A stretch of 64,000 nucleotides of DNA from Anaerolineae bacterium (GTDB lineage Bacteria > Chloroflexota > Anaerolineae > 4572-78 > J111). A model generated the notes under the pieces. That model saw nothing but the letters and a program-made list of their open reading frames with translations, had not been told where the DNA came from and did not search any database. This document shows positions 20,821-30,964 of this stretch, piece after piece (within the stretch, counting starts at the first letter, position 1; each line of letters begins with the position of its first letter). The DNA lies in contig JAFGNV010000181.1 in the NCBI GenBank assembly GCA_016926805.1, positions 14,492 through 78,491 on the forward strand, written 5' to 3'. The position numbers and the translations under genes are program-made.

Positions 20821-20849
20821 TTGACGCTTACCCGGCTCTGTGTTATCAT
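20821..20849 (+). promoter_or_regulatory. Sigma70-type promoter candidate
   Basis: TTGACG (20821-20826), 17-nt spacer, TATCAT (20844-20849) with a TGT extended -10. The TTG used as the ORF start in the track is the -35 element. Confidence 0.4.
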
Positions 20850-20886
20850 CTTTTTTCACGTTATTAAACCAGGCGGAGAAAAAATC

Positions 20887-21471
20887 ATGGAGTCGTTTGC
20901 GGCAGAACAAACTGTTCGTCAATTTATCTTGGCAGTGAGTGATCAACACCAGCCCATGACGGCTGCGGTGATGGCCGTGGCAGCGGCTCAAGTGGTGGCT
21001 CTGGGTGAAGCCTGCATGCAAATTAGCCTGGATCATCAGGTTGACAAGTTGGACTGGCAGGATGTCAGCCACCGTATCGAGCAGATGGCGGCTATCAAAG
21101 ACCAATTGCTGGAATGGGGGGAGTTGACCGCCAAAGCAATCATCGAACGTACTGCTGCCTGGAAAGCTGAAGCAGACGTAAGTGATCAGCAGTTTTGGCC
21201 TGAAAGCGCCGCTGAAATAAGTCAATTAACCATTAATGCTGCCATCCTGCTACAGGATTTTCGACCCCTGACCTTTGAGATGGTCCAGGATGATTTGGAA
21301 ATAACCATTAACTTACTGCTGTCAATTGCCCGTACGGCGATATTGTCACTGGAAAATCAATTTCGCCGCCAGCCGAATGTCGGGTTGGTTGAAGAATACG
21401 AACCTATCCGGGATGCCTTAGAGCGTCAGCTCGAGCAGATAACTCCGGCAATTGGATTGAGGAATGAATAA
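20887..21471 (+). CDS. Hypothetical helical protein, weakly cyclodeaminase/cyclohydrolase (FTCD_C)-like
   Basis: ATG 20887 is preceded by GGAG. VRQFILAVSDQHQPMTAAVMAVAAAQVVALGEACMQISL resembles the FTCD_C N-terminal helix pattern. The call is tentative. Confidence 0.45.
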   Translation: MESFAAEQTVRQFILAVSDQHQPMTAAVMAVAAAQVVALGEACMQISLDHQVDKLDWQDVSHRIEQMAAIKDQLLEWGELTAKAIIERTAAWKAEADVSDQQFWPESAAEISQLTINAAILLQDFRPLTFEMVQDDLEITINLLLSIARTAILSLENQFRRQPNVGLVEEYEPIRDALERQLEQITPAIGLRNE

Positions 21472-21489
21472 CAGACATAAAAGGAGGAA

Positions 21490-23457
21490 ATGATGCCGCG
21501 CAAAATGCGTCGTGCCCCGGAAAACCTTCCCCAGCAGGCCGAAACCTGGCATCTTTTGATTCAACAGTTACGCATCTGGATTACGCCGCCCGATGAAGAA
21601 CCCTGGCGGCCTTACATCGTGCTGGTGTTAAATATTGAGAGTGGGGTGCTTCAATTTTTTGAACTGGTTCCTGAGCGTCCCGCCCCGGAACAACTCCAAG
21701 ATATACTCTGGCGTGCTATGCAGCAACCACCCAAAAACGTCGGGCAAAAACCGCATCGCCCGGCCCGGGTTCAATTTGAGGAGGCCGCTCCGGCCCAGAC
21801 CCTCAAACCTGCCCTGGAAAAGTTGAATATCGAGGTGCAGGTGCATCCTCGTTTTGATGAAATGAACGAGTTGATTGTTGATATGGAAGAAAACATGCGA
21901 GGCGGGCCGGAAAATCCCGGCCTGCTGTCGGTGAAGGGCGTGACCACTGATTTAGTCGGCGGGGTGTTTGCCGCTGCCGCCGACTTCTACCGGGCCGAAC
22001 CCTGGGTACAACTGACCGACCAACACCCATTGGCCATCCGGGTGTTACCTGAACAGCAGCCCCGGCTGGCTATTGTAATGGGCAATGCCGGTATGGAGTA
22101 TGGCCTGGCCGTGTATCGACGTTGGGAAGATGTCGAGCGTCTCTATGGCTTTGTGGACGATCCAATGGAAGCCATTCCGCCGGACGGCGCCCATTCGTTG
22201 TTTTTTGGCCGCATCAATGAGGTTCCCTTTGCGGATTTAGAGGCCATTGAGCAGTATGGTTGGGAAATTGCCGACAACCAGGCCTATCCAATCCCTATTA
22301 TTTACACTCCCAACGACAAAGCCCGGCGTCCAACCAAAGCCGATTTGCAGTGGTACGAAGCCGCGCTACGGGCCATCCCGATATTTGTGCGCGATTATTT
22401 GAAGCCCGATCCACAAGCGGGCGGTCGGCCGTATGCCTACCAGCCGGTTGAGGTCGAATTTACCGTGCCTGCTCGCGCCGGAGAAGTTGAGGTCCATGTC
22501 AAATTCCCGGCCGGTACCATTTCCCCAGAATCGCGCCCGGTAGATCTCTTCGACTGGCCAGATGAGGATGAAGCCGAAGATGAAATGCCTCAATTCGACC
22601 GCCGGGCCATGGAGGGGACGCTGGCGATGATGGGCGGGTCGGGTTTCACGGATCCAGATATGCAGGAAGCGCAGGAGTTGATGTATCAGGCCTGGGATGA
22701 GCGCAATCCGGCCCGACGCATTATTTTGGCCCACGAAGCCCTTGAGATTTCCCCGGACTGCGCCGACGCCTACGTGTTGCTGGCCGAAGAAGAAGCCGAC
22801 ACCCTGGCCCGCGCCTTGGAATATTATCAGCAGGGCGTGGCCGCGGGTGAACGAGCGTTGGGCAAGAAATATTTCAAAGAAAACCAGGGTTATTTCTGGG
22901 GTTTGCTGGAAACGCGGCCTTACATGCGGGCGCGTCAGGGCCTGGCTAACATTCTATGGGAATTGGGCCGCAAAGAAGAAGCCCTTGAGCATTATCAGGA
23001 TTTACTGCGTTTGAATCCTGGTGACAATCAGGGTATACGCTACAGCCTGCTGAACCTGTTGTTATCGTTAAATCGTGACGCCGACGCCGAGGCCTTGATT
23101 GACCAATTTGAAGACGACGCCATGGCCGAGTGGTGCTATAGTCGGGCTTTATTGACGTTCCGGCGCGAAGGTGCCAGCCCGGCAGCAGAAGAATTGTTGG
23201 CTGAAGCCATGGAAACTAATGAGTACGTCCCTGCCTACCTCACCGGACGCAAACGAATTCCCAATCGCCGTCCGGCTTATATTACCTGGGGTGGCGAGGA
23301 TGAGGCCATTGCCTATGCGGGTAATTACATTTCACTATGGCGGCAAACGCCGGGAGGCGTTGAATGGCTGCGCGGCCACCTCAAGCCGCCTGCCCCCACC
23401 AGAAAAGCAAAATCAACCAGACGCCGGCGGGGCAAATCGCGTTCATCCAGAAAATAG
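21490..23457 (+). CDS. TPR-containing 655-aa protein of unknown function with a basic C-terminal tail
   Basis: AGGAGG upstream. The C-terminal half has TPR-like helices (ALEYYQQGVAAGERAL, EEALEHYQDLLRLNPGDNQG). Tail: KAKSTRRRRGKSRSSRK. Confidence 0.6.
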   Translation: MMPRKMRRAPENLPQQAETWHLLIQQLRIWITPPDEEPWRPYIVLVLNIESGVLQFFELVPERPAPEQLQDILWRAMQQPPKNVGQKPHRPARVQFEEAAPAQTLKPALEKLNIEVQVHPRFDEMNELIVDMEENMRGGPENPGLLSVKGVTTDLVGGVFAAAADFYRAEPWVQLTDQHPLAIRVLPEQQPRLAIVMGNAGMEYGLAVYRRWEDVERLYGFVDDPMEAIPPDGAHSLFFGRINEVPFADLEAIEQYGWEIADNQAYPIPIIYTPNDKARRPTKADLQWYEAALRAIPIFVRDYLKPDPQAGGRPYAYQPVEVEFTVPARAGEVEVHVKFPAGTISPESRPVDLFDWPDEDEAEDEMPQFDRRAMEGTLAMMGGSGFTDPDMQEAQELMYQAWDERNPARRIILAHEALEISPDCADAYVLLAEEEADTLARALEYYQQGVAAGERALGKKYFKENQGYFWGLLETRPYMRARQGLANILWELGRKEEALEHYQDLLRLNPGDNQGIRYSLLNLLLSLNRDADAEALIDQFEDDAMAEWCYSRALLTFRREGASPAAEELLAEAMETNEYVPAYLTGRKRIPNRRPAYITWGGEDEAIAYAGNYISLWRQTPGGVEWLRGHLKPPAPTRKAKSTRRRRGKSRSSRK

Positions 23458-23463
23458 AGTCTC

Positions 23464-24447
23464 ATGCCCTTTGAAACCTTCGACATTTCGATGCTGACCG
23501 ATCTGGTCTTGCCCTATTTTCAGGTAGACCCGGTTACTCTCACCTTTATACCCCTCAAAACCGGCAAACATAACTCCTCGTATTGGGTAAATACGGATAA
23601 AGAGCGTTTTGTCCTGCGTATCGCTCCGCCCGACGACGCCGGGTTTCTATTCTACGAGAAACTCATGATGCGGCAGGAGCCGGACCTTCACGCGCTTATT
23701 CAAGCCAAAACTACCATTCCGGTTGCCGAGGTCATTGGCTATGATTTCAGCCGGACGCGGCTTAACCGGGACTATCTGCTGCTGGCCGCTTTGCCCGGCA
23801 CGCCGCTCAGCGATACGCCTGGCCTGACCCGAACGATGGTTCAACGGGCCTTTTTTCAGGTGGGCGAATATTTACGCCAACTGCACGCGCTAACGGCGGC
23901 GGATGTGCCTGCGGCTAATGGTCATTACGGGTATCTTGGCGCGCACCAGCCAATGGAACCACAATCCTCCTGGGCTCAGGCTTTCCGAGTGATGTGGCAT
24001 AAACTGCTTGACGACGTGGTGGCCTGTGGCGGTTACACGGAAGAGGAAGGTCGGACGATGCGCCAGTTGTTGGAACTTCACCTGGAACACTTTAACCGGC
24101 CGGTAACGCCCAGCCTGCTCCACATGGACGTTTGGAGTCAAAATATTCTCATCGACCGGGCCGGTAACGTCACCGGTTTGGTGGATTTTGACCGGGCCTT
24201 GTGGGGCGATGTGGAGATAGAGTTTGCCGTACTGGATTATTGCGGGGTCAGTGTTCCCGCGTTTTGGGAAGGATACGGCCGGCCCCGCGACGAGTCGCCT
24301 CCGGCGATGATTCGCAATCAATTCTATCTGCTGTACGAAGTTCAAAAATACATCCCCATTCATATCTGGCGGCGTAATGATCCCACCGGGGCCGCATCCT
24401 ATAAGCAGCAAAGCTTGCAACTGGCCGCGCAACTTTTGCCCGGGTAA
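23464..24447 (+). CDS. Aminoglycoside/choline-kinase-type phosphotransferase (APH family)
   Basis: Catalytic loop LLHMDVWSQNILID and metal-binding GLVDFDRALWGD. Confidence 0.8.
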   Translation: MPFETFDISMLTDLVLPYFQVDPVTLTFIPLKTGKHNSSYWVNTDKERFVLRIAPPDDAGFLFYEKLMMRQEPDLHALIQAKTTIPVAEVIGYDFSRTRLNRDYLLLAALPGTPLSDTPGLTRTMVQRAFFQVGEYLRQLHALTAADVPAANGHYGYLGAHQPMEPQSSWAQAFRVMWHKLLDDVVACGGYTEEEGRTMRQLLELHLEHFNRPVTPSLLHMDVWSQNILIDRAGNVTGLVDFDRALWGDVEIEFAVLDYCGVSVPAFWEGYGRPRDESPPAMIRNQFYLLYEVQKYIPIHIWRRNDPTGAASYKQQSLQLAAQLLPG

Positions 24448-24453
24448 AACAAT

Positions 24454-25017
24454 ATGCAAAAACCCATTGTTGTATTTTTTGGCGACTCCCGTGCCGCTGA
24501 TTGGTTGCCCCCAAATATATCTCAATTTACCTTTATCAATCGTGGTGTCGGTGGGCTAATGTCGGACGAGGCCTTGCTCTATTTTGATGAGGCATTTGAG
24601 TCCCTCCAACCCCAGGTGGTGATAGTACAAATCGGGATCAACGACCTGGCGATGCTATCATTTTATCCCGAACAGCGAGTGCAGGTGGTGACCACCTGTA
24701 AATACAACATCCAGCAATTGGTGATGAAGATAGTGGCGTTGGGGGCTAAAGTCATTCTCACCACCATCTTTCCTGTGGGTGATGTGGAGATGTTCTTTTA
24801 CAGCCCGGTGGAAGTGGTCGCAGCGGTTGAGGAAGTTAATACTTACCTTTACGCGTTGGTCGGGCCGGATGTGGTGATTTTTGATGCCCACGCTATTTTG
24901 GTTGCCGATGATGGTTTAACGCAGCCTGATTATGCCCTGGATATGCTGCATCTCAATCAAGCGGGTTACCAGGTGCTCAATCGGGAACTGGCGCGCGTTT
25001 TGGCCAATGGTCAATGA
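24454..25017 (+). CDS. SGNH/GDSL hydrolase
   Basis: Block I VVFFGDSRAADW; block V DMLHLNQAGY (D..H). Confidence 0.75.
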   Translation: MQKPIVVFFGDSRAADWLPPNISQFTFINRGVGGLMSDEALLYFDEAFESLQPQVVIVQIGINDLAMLSFYPEQRVQVVTTCKYNIQQLVMKIVALGAKVILTTIFPVGDVEMFFYSPVEVVAAVEEVNTYLYALVGPDVVIFDAHAILVADDGLTQPDYALDMLHLNQAGYQVLNRELARVLANGQ

Positions 25018-27370
25018 GGGCGGTTATGGTCAAAATAACCAGCCCTATCGCCGATAACCACAGGCCCAGTTGAAATGATAAAGGTTTATATTCAAACCGG
25101 ACAATATGGCTGCCCTCCGGCAAAAAGACGGCCCGGCCAATGTAATTGGCCCGGTAGATAGGCGTTGGCTGTTCATCTACGGTGGCAACCCAATCGGGGT
25201 AATACGTGTCGAGGAGAACCAGATAGCCGTCATCGGCTAAATGGGCCTCTATTTCAACAAACTGGGAGTTTTCTTCGCTGATAGTGGCCGTATTTTCTGA
25301 AGTTGCCGGTGACCCGGGCATGGGCACGGGCGTGTCTGACTCCAGGATGACGGTTTGTTGCGGATTGACGCTCCGTGTCTGAAAATAAGCCAGGGCTTGG
25401 TCAGGATGGTCAATCTGAAGGGCTTGGTGAACGATAAAGACGCGCGGCAGCGGATTTTTGTTCTCATAGACAAACGAATTTTCGTCGCTGTAGACCAGAG
25501 GATAGGTAGCGGCCACGTCGGCGCCCATTTGGCCCAGAGTCAGTAAATAACGCGCGCCCACCACCTGAATGGCCTGGACCGGGTCGGCCTCGTGTAAAAA
25601 AGTGTTATAGCGGGCCAGCAGCAGCGACGAGCCATGCCCGCCCGCGCTCCGCACCCGGTACGCCGAGGGAAAATATTGACCCAGGTGACTGACGGCGGCT
25701 GCCTCGCTGCCCATCCCCAGCGGAAAAATTCGCGCTTCGCCCACGTTGTCCAGTACGTATCGGGCCCCTCCCGATAACTCGTCCCACCAGGCGGCGGGTT
25801 TGGTGGGATTGATGGTTGTGCCGCCCGCAGCGATCAAATCAAAAGCGATGGCGATGATGACCAGCCCGGCAAAGGCGCGACGGGAGAGACGGTGGGCGGC
25901 GTAAAGGGTAAACAGGACGACAGCAACCATAAGATTGACGGCCATCAGTACGGCAGGCGTACTCAACCCGGTCAACCACGACGGCCACAGGCGGCTCTGG
26001 TAGACCGGATCCAGCCCAAAACCTTTGTTGAGTAAGGCATCGATCAGTTTGCGCCGGAATTCAACGGTGGCGGCGCTGTTCCAAATTAGCAGGTCGGCCC
26101 GGAAAATCCAGATCAGCCCCAGAACCAGCAGCAGGATCAAGCCGACCACCCAGATGGTGGCCAGAGATAAGCGAGACACACCCTTTTGCAACACGGTCTC
26201 CAGACCAAAGCTGGCCAGCACCGCCAGCGCCAGATTGACGCCCATCAACCAACGCGAGGGAATGCGAAACAGGTCGAAGCCGGGGAGATATTGGATGACG
26301 TACTCGTACAGCGGCGTGTTCCGTCCCAAAGCCAGGGAAACGGTCCCCAGTAGTAAGAGCCAGAAAAATATTGTCTCTCTTTTTTGACGTTGCCCCCCAC
26401 TCCAAAAAACCAGCAGCAGGGGTATCAGACCGATATAAATAAAGACTTCCTGGAAGGGATCACCGCCCTTGAAGCCAACCACATTGTTGCCAAAGAGACC
26501 GGGTAGTAGCAGGTTCAGTCCCATCACGGGCGGCCAGGAATTCTCCGTGAGAAATTTCAATCCGCGTTCCTGGGAACGGATGGAGAGTTGTTGCAGTTCG
26601 AGCGTGGGTAGCAATTGCGGAGCGGCCAGCAGTAAACCGCAAACAATGGTGACCGTCAGTAGCAACGCGGTGTGTAGCGCATACCGGAGCTTGGCTCTGG
26701 CATCGACATTATTCAAGAATAAGTCGGTGATAAGGCGATACGTTCCGTAACCTACGATGATTACCAGCGTGTAAAAAACGATTTGAGGCTGGGCTGTTAA
26801 AATTTGTAAAGCCAGCGGAATCCCGGCCAGCATCGCCGCCCCCCAACGGCGTTGTCGGGTAGTTTGGATGACGCCGAATAAAATCAACGGTAACCAGACT
26901 GCGCCGGTCATAATGTTGAGATTGGGCACCTGACTCATCAAAAAGCCGCCCAAACTGTAGCTCAATCCGGCCACGGTTGACGCGGCCCGGCCCATCCCCA
27001 GCGAGCGGGTCAGAATCAGGGTGAAGCACGCGGCCAGGGTGAAGTGGAGCAGAATAAAAAGTGACAACTCCAGCGACGGCGAGAGCGAGCTGAGGAACAA
27101 GACGCTGAAAGGATATAGCCCGCCAATCTGGCTTTCTGCCAGCAAAGGAATGCCGGTATCTTCGTAGGGGTCCCAGAGCGGCACCCGTCCGGCCAGCCAT
27201 TCCGACGCAGCGAAGATATGGCGGGGATAGTGAATCCAGCTCAAGTCGGTCCAGTAGAGCGTTTGCTGGCCGACGATGAGTTCGGGAAAAGCCAATAGCG
27301 GCAGCATTAAAAAGAGGATAATAATCCACAGAAGTCGTTGCTGTCGGATGGTGTTAAACAGGTTCTTCAA
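24977..27370 (-). CDS. YfhO-like polytopic membrane protein (putative GT-C type glycosyltransferase)
   Basis: More than 12 hydrophobic segments. N-terminal LYWTDLSWIHYPRHIFAASEWLAGRVPLWDPYEDTGIPLLAESQIGGLYP is typical of YfhO. Large C-terminal soluble domain followed by a final TM helix. Confidence 0.65.
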   Translation of the reverse strand: MKNLFNTIRQQRLLWIIILFLMLPLLAFPELIVGQQTLYWTDLSWIHYPRHIFAASEWLAGRVPLWDPYEDTGIPLLAESQIGGLYPFSVLFLSSLSPSLELSLFILLHFTLAACFTLILTRSLGMGRAASTVAGLSYSLGGFLMSQVPNLNIMTGAVWLPLILFGVIQTTRQRRWGAAMLAGIPLALQILTAQPQIVFYTLVIIVGYGTYRLITDLFLNNVDARAKLRYALHTALLLTVTIVCGLLLAAPQLLPTLELQQLSIRSQERGLKFLTENSWPPVMGLNLLLPGLFGNNVVGFKGGDPFQEVFIYIGLIPLLLVFWSGGQRQKRETIFFWLLLLGTVSLALGRNTPLYEYVIQYLPGFDLFRIPSRWLMGVNLALAVLASFGLETVLQKGVSRLSLATIWVVGLILLLVLGLIWIFRADLLIWNSAATVEFRRKLIDALLNKGFGLDPVYQSRLWPSWLTGLSTPAVLMAVNLMVAVVLFTLYAAHRLSRRAFAGLVIIAIAFDLIAAGGTTINPTKPAAWWDELSGGARYVLDNVGEARIFPLGMGSEAAAVSHLGQYFPSAYRVRSAGGHGSSLLLARYNTFLHEADPVQAIQVVGARYLLTLGQMGADVAATYPLVYSDENSFVYENKNPLPRVFIVHQALQIDHPDQALAYFQTRSVNPQQTVILESDTPVPMPGSPATSENTATISEENSQFVEIEAHLADDGYLVLLDTYYPDWVATVDEQPTPIYRANYIGRAVFLPEGSHIVRFEYKPLSFQLGLWLSAIGLVILTITALIDHWPKRAPVPD

Positions 27371-27441
27371 AAAAAGCGTCTCCTGAAGGGCCGATTTTGT
27401 CTGGCGGCTATTCTACCATATAAGCAGGCCTTTCAAAATTG

Positions 27442-27470
27442 TTGCCGATTGACCAAGAGTGAGGTACAAT
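27442..27470 (+). promoter_or_regulatory. Sigma70-type promoter candidate for lspA
   Basis: TTGCCG (27442-27447), 17-nt spacer, TACAAT (27465-27470). Confidence 0.4.
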
Positions 27471-27565
27471 AAAAATACATCAAGCCAAGAAGAGGTGTCT
27501 TCAAAATTAGCGGCCAACCACCAGAGTTCCTAAAAACAAAACGGCGCTCGGCATTCCCCACCATT

Positions 27566-28048
27566 TTGGGCGTGGCGGCGGTCATATTTGCCCTGGATCA
27601 GGCTACCAAATACCTGGTGCTCCGCTATATCCCCGAAGGGGGATCATGGAGTTTTCATCCGACCCTGGCCAGAATTTTCCAGTTTACGCATATCACCAAT
27701 AGTGGGGCTGCCTTCGGATCGTTTCCCGGCCTGGGCGATGTGTTTAAGTTTGTGGCCGTTTTTGTTATTATTGGGATTATCATTTTTTACTATCATTTGC
27801 CCACCGAATATATCGGCGTGCGTCTCAGCCTTGGCCTGATTGTTGGCGGGGCAATGGGGAATTTGCTGGACCGTTTTGTCCGAATCAATGAGGCGGTAGT
27901 CGATTTTGTTGACATCGGGTTCTGGCCGATTTTTAATGTGGCTGATATATCTATTTTGGTGGGGGTAGGGATCCTGGCGTATTATCTTTGGAACGAAGAA
28001 GGCCGTCCAAAGCAGGAGAAGTTTCACCCAGAGGGCGGGAAAGCATGA
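27566..28048 (+). CDS. lspA: Lipoprotein signal peptidase (signal peptidase II)
   Basis: TNSGAAFG, GGAMGNLLDR and IFNVADI motifs; 4 TM segments. TTG start is the first canonical start after an in-frame stop at 27470. Confidence 0.85.
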   Translation: MGVAAVIFALDQATKYLVLRYIPEGGSWSFHPTLARIFQFTHITNSGAAFGSFPGLGDVFKFVAVFVIIGIIIFYYHLPTEYIGVRLSLGLIVGGAMGNLLDRFVRINEAVVDFVDIGFWPIFNVADISILVGVGILAYYLWNEEGRPKQEKFHPEGGKA

Positions 28049-28326
28049 GTGTTTCTTCCGAACGTATTTCGTTGCGTACTACATTTTTAGAAAAGGTTGC
28101 CGGATATGCTCAAAAGGCCGGTCAGTTAGGTCAGCGGGTGCGGCAATTGGTCTTTGGCTTTCGTTTGCGGTCCACCATGCCCATCGATCGCTGGTCGCTG
28201 CCGGTCAAGCTGTTGTACGATCATCGTCTCGTCCAGCGCCAGCGAACGTTTCAACAGGGCGGCGGAAGCCGTTCGAGTATGGCGGAGCATGCTCTGAATA
28301 AGGCTCGCCGCCAGCAGCAACTATAA
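28045..28326 (+). CDS. Hypothetical 93-aa protein
   Basis: ATG 28045 forms an ATGA overlap with the lspA stop. It fills the lspA-rluD gap. No motif recognised. Confidence 0.35.
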   Translation: MSVSSERISLRTTFLEKVAGYAQKAGQLGQRVRQLVFGFRLRSTMPIDRWSLPVKLLYDHRLVQRQRTFQQGGGSRSSMAEHALNKARRQQQL

Positions 28327-28332
28327 CCCCCG

Positions 28333-29283
28333 ATGACCTCGGAGCAGGTTGTCCAAATCCAAGTCGATAGAGCTGCTACCCGGCTTGATCAGTTTTTGGC
28401 CGAAACTATCCCCAACCTATCGCGCTCCCAAATTCAAAAACTCATTCGTCAGGGTCGCGTCTTTCTTGCGGCTTCTGGGGGACAAGAACCCCGTCAGGTC
28501 AAGCGTCCGAGTACTCAGGTGCAGCCGGGCAATGTGCTGACCCTGCCGGTTATCTCTTCACCGCCAAAGGCGCTTCGAGCCGAAATCATTCCCCTTGATA
28601 TTATTTTTGAAGATAACGATCTGGTAGTTATCAACAAACCGGCGGGATTGGTGGTCCATCCGGCGCATGGACATCCGGCGGGCACGTTGGTCAACGCGCT
28701 GTTGGCTCGCTATCCGGATTTGGTGGCAATGACCGGGATTGGCGCAGATACGCTTGACCGTCCCGGTATTGTGCATCGTTTGGACCGGGACACGTCGGGG
28801 TTGATGGTTGTGGCCCGTACCCCGGAGGCTTTGTTGCACTTGCGTCGCCAGTTCAAGAGCCGGGCCGTGGAGAAAAAATATCTTGCCCTGGTATTTGGTT
28901 GTCCAGAAGCAACTGAAGGAATAATTGATGTTCCCCTGGGGCGCGATCCCCGCCACCGGCAAAAATTCGCTCCTCGCGCCGATGGCAAACCTGCCCGAAC
29001 GCATTACCGTCTCCGGGCTGATTTTGGACGGTACAGCCTGCTGGAGATTGGTCTGGAAACCGGCCGGACGCATCAGATCCGGGTTCATCTGGCCTGGTTC
29101 AAGTGTCCGGTGGTGGGCGATGCCGTTTATGGCCGCAAAAAAAATCCGTTGGGTTTGCAGCGTCAATTTTTGCATGCCTGGCGGCTTGGTTTTGAGCATC
29201 CCCGTAGCGGGGAGATATTGCACCTGGAAGCCCCCCTGCCTGGTGACCTGCAGAAAGTATTGGCTGACCTGGGGGGCGGCTGA
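28333..29283 (+). CDS. rluD: RluD/RluA-family 23S rRNA pseudouridine synthase with N-terminal S4 domain
   Basis: S4-like RLDQFLAETIPNLSRSQIQKLIRQGRV; catalytic HRLDRDTSG; GRTHQIRVH. The lspA-rluD synteny is classical. Confidence 0.85.
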   Translation: MTSEQVVQIQVDRAATRLDQFLAETIPNLSRSQIQKLIRQGRVFLAASGGQEPRQVKRPSTQVQPGNVLTLPVISSPPKALRAEIIPLDIIFEDNDLVVINKPAGLVVHPAHGHPAGTLVNALLARYPDLVAMTGIGADTLDRPGIVHRLDRDTSGLMVVARTPEALLHLRRQFKSRAVEKKYLALVFGCPEATEGIIDVPLGRDPRHRQKFAPRADGKPARTHYRLRADFGRYSLLEIGLETGRTHQIRVHLAWFKCPVVGDAVYGRKKNPLGLQRQFLHAWRLGFEHPRSGEILHLEAPLPGDLQKVLADLGGG

Positions 29284-29304
29284 GCTGCGCTGTTGCCTTC
29301 CTTA

Positions 29305-30651
29305 CTACTTTCCATTAACCCGGTGATAAGGTCGCCATTTGGCCTTATCCTGGTTGAGCCGGTGCTCAACCCCATTTCGTCTGTGAGTTGTATCAAATCC
29401 CTGGGGCTTGATCGCCAGCTTTTCACCCTGGAGTAAATCCAGTACGCCGCCTTGCCCCGGTTCCGGGCGCTTCTGAAATTTTGCTTCCCAGGCCTTGATG
29501 GCCTCCGGGTCATAATCGACGGCTTCGGTGTAAGTAGTGATGTAACCTTCGAAATTGCGCAAAACAACCTTTCCGGGACTTTGCGAAATGAGATACTGCG
29601 GCGATACCGGAATTTTCCCCCCTCCGCCCGGCGCGTCGACAACAAAGGTTGGTACGGCAAAGCCAGAGGTGTGGCCGCGTAACCCTTCTATGATTTCAAT
29701 GCCTTTGCTGATAGTGGTGCGGAAGTGACCCGCGCCGGGTACCAGGTCGCATTGGTACAGATAATAAGGGCGTACCCGCAGTTGCACCAGTTGATGCACC
29801 AATTCACGTTGAATGTGGACCGAATCATTTATCCCGGCCAGCAGGACGCTCTGGTTGCCCAGTGGTATCCCGGCCCGGCTCAGTTTGTCGCAGGCGCGAT
29901 ACAGTTCAGGGGTGATTTCTTGGGGATGGTTGACGTGGATGTTGAGCCAGACCGGATGATATTTGCTCAGGGTCTCACATAATTCATCGGTAACCCGCTG
30001 AGGCAGAAAAACCGGCACCCGGCTGCCCAGGCGAATGATTTCGATATGCTCAATGTTGCGGAGTTCGTTGAGAAGGTAATCTAACATCCGGGGGGCAATG
30101 GTGAGCGGGTCGCCACCGGAAAGGAGCACGTCGCGCACCTGCGGCGTGCGGCGGAGATAGTCGAGTTGCAGTTCGAATTCGGTTTTGCTGAAGGTAGCGG
30201 TGGCGTCACCCACCATGCGGCTGCGAGTACAATAGCGGCAGTAACTGGCGCACTGGGTGGTAATCAGCATCAGCACCCGGTCGGGGTAACGATGTACCAG
30301 TCCGGGCACAGGACTGTGGCGGTCTTCAGCCAGACTGTCGGGGATCATGCTTTCGAAGGCTTGCCGCTCTTTGCCCCTGGGAATAACCTGCTGCCGTACC
30401 GGACAAAGCGGGTCGTCAGGATCGATGAGACTGGCAAAGTAGGGCGTAATGTCCAGCCGAAATTTGTTGTCGGCGCAAATGCCCTCAATTTCCTCGTCGG
30501 TCAAATTAATAAAGGCTTCTAAAACCTCCAATTCATTCACGCGGTGACTTAATTGCCAACGCCAGTCATTCCATTGTTCGTCGGGAACCTCAGCCCAGAT
30601 GTGCGCCCGTGGGGTTGAGCTTTGAGACCAGGCTTGCGTCAATTTTGACAT
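29305..30651 (-). CDS. kamA: Lysine 2,3-aminomutase (KamA-family radical SAM)
   Basis: CASYCRYCTR (CxxxCxxC), SGGDPL, and PYYLYQCD..G..HFR. Track ORF trimmed to ATG 30651 (GGAGGAA 5 nt upstream). Confidence 0.85.
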   Translation of the reverse strand: MSKLTQAWSQSSTPRAHIWAEVPDEQWNDWRWQLSHRVNELEVLEAFINLTDEEIEGICADNKFRLDITPYFASLIDPDDPLCPVRQQVIPRGKERQAFESMIPDSLAEDRHSPVPGLVHRYPDRVLMLITTQCASYCRYCTRSRMVGDATATFSKTEFELQLDYLRRTPQVRDVLLSGGDPLTIAPRMLDYLLNELRNIEHIEIIRLGSRVPVFLPQRVTDELCETLSKYHPVWLNIHVNHPQEITPELYRACDKLSRAGIPLGNQSVLLAGINDSVHIQRELVHQLVQLRVRPYYLYQCDLVPGAGHFRTTISKGIEIIEGLRGHTSGFAVPTFVVDAPGGGGKIPVSPQYLISQSPGKVVLRNFEGYITTYTEAVDYDPEAIKAWEAKFQKRPEPGQGGVLDLLQGEKLAIKPQGFDTTHRRNGVEHRLNQDKAKWRPYHRVNGK

Positions 30652-30964
30652 ACACGTTCCTCCTGTTCTACAATTGATTGCGCCAGTGGGATCAACTTGC
30701 TCCTGCAACGGGATGAAAATTGGGCCGGGATAGGTTGGCCTGTTGGTAGAACGGTCGGTCCCATTGCTAAACCTGGCGTCGCGCCTTTGATGTTGCTGGT
30801 TTAACCTAAAAATATTGTAATCAGTTTTTTGACGGGTGTCAATAAAAATTGCATTAATATTTCTATTTTATATAAATATTTATGGTAATTATGAAATATA
30901 TCACAATTAAATTGTATCAAATGTAAGAAATAAACAAAAATTTAATTCGTAGACGAGGTGTCTG
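30652..30964. promoter_or_regulatory. 313-bp divergent kamA/lrp control region; distal half strongly AT-rich
   Basis: Positions 30830-30960 are almost pure A/T (ATATTTCTATTTTATATAAATATTTATGGTAATTATGAAATATA). Palindrome ACAATT-A-AATTGT at 30903-30915. Confidence 0.45.

Noticed and set aside
24977-25017. Convergent 3' overlaps (SGNH/YfhO 41 nt; also Lrp/GT28 at 31383-31420 and methyltransferase/GT-C at 35249-35264)
   Set aside because: Short convergent overlaps are common in compact genomes. They may also reflect slightly mis-set ends. I saw nothing further of note.
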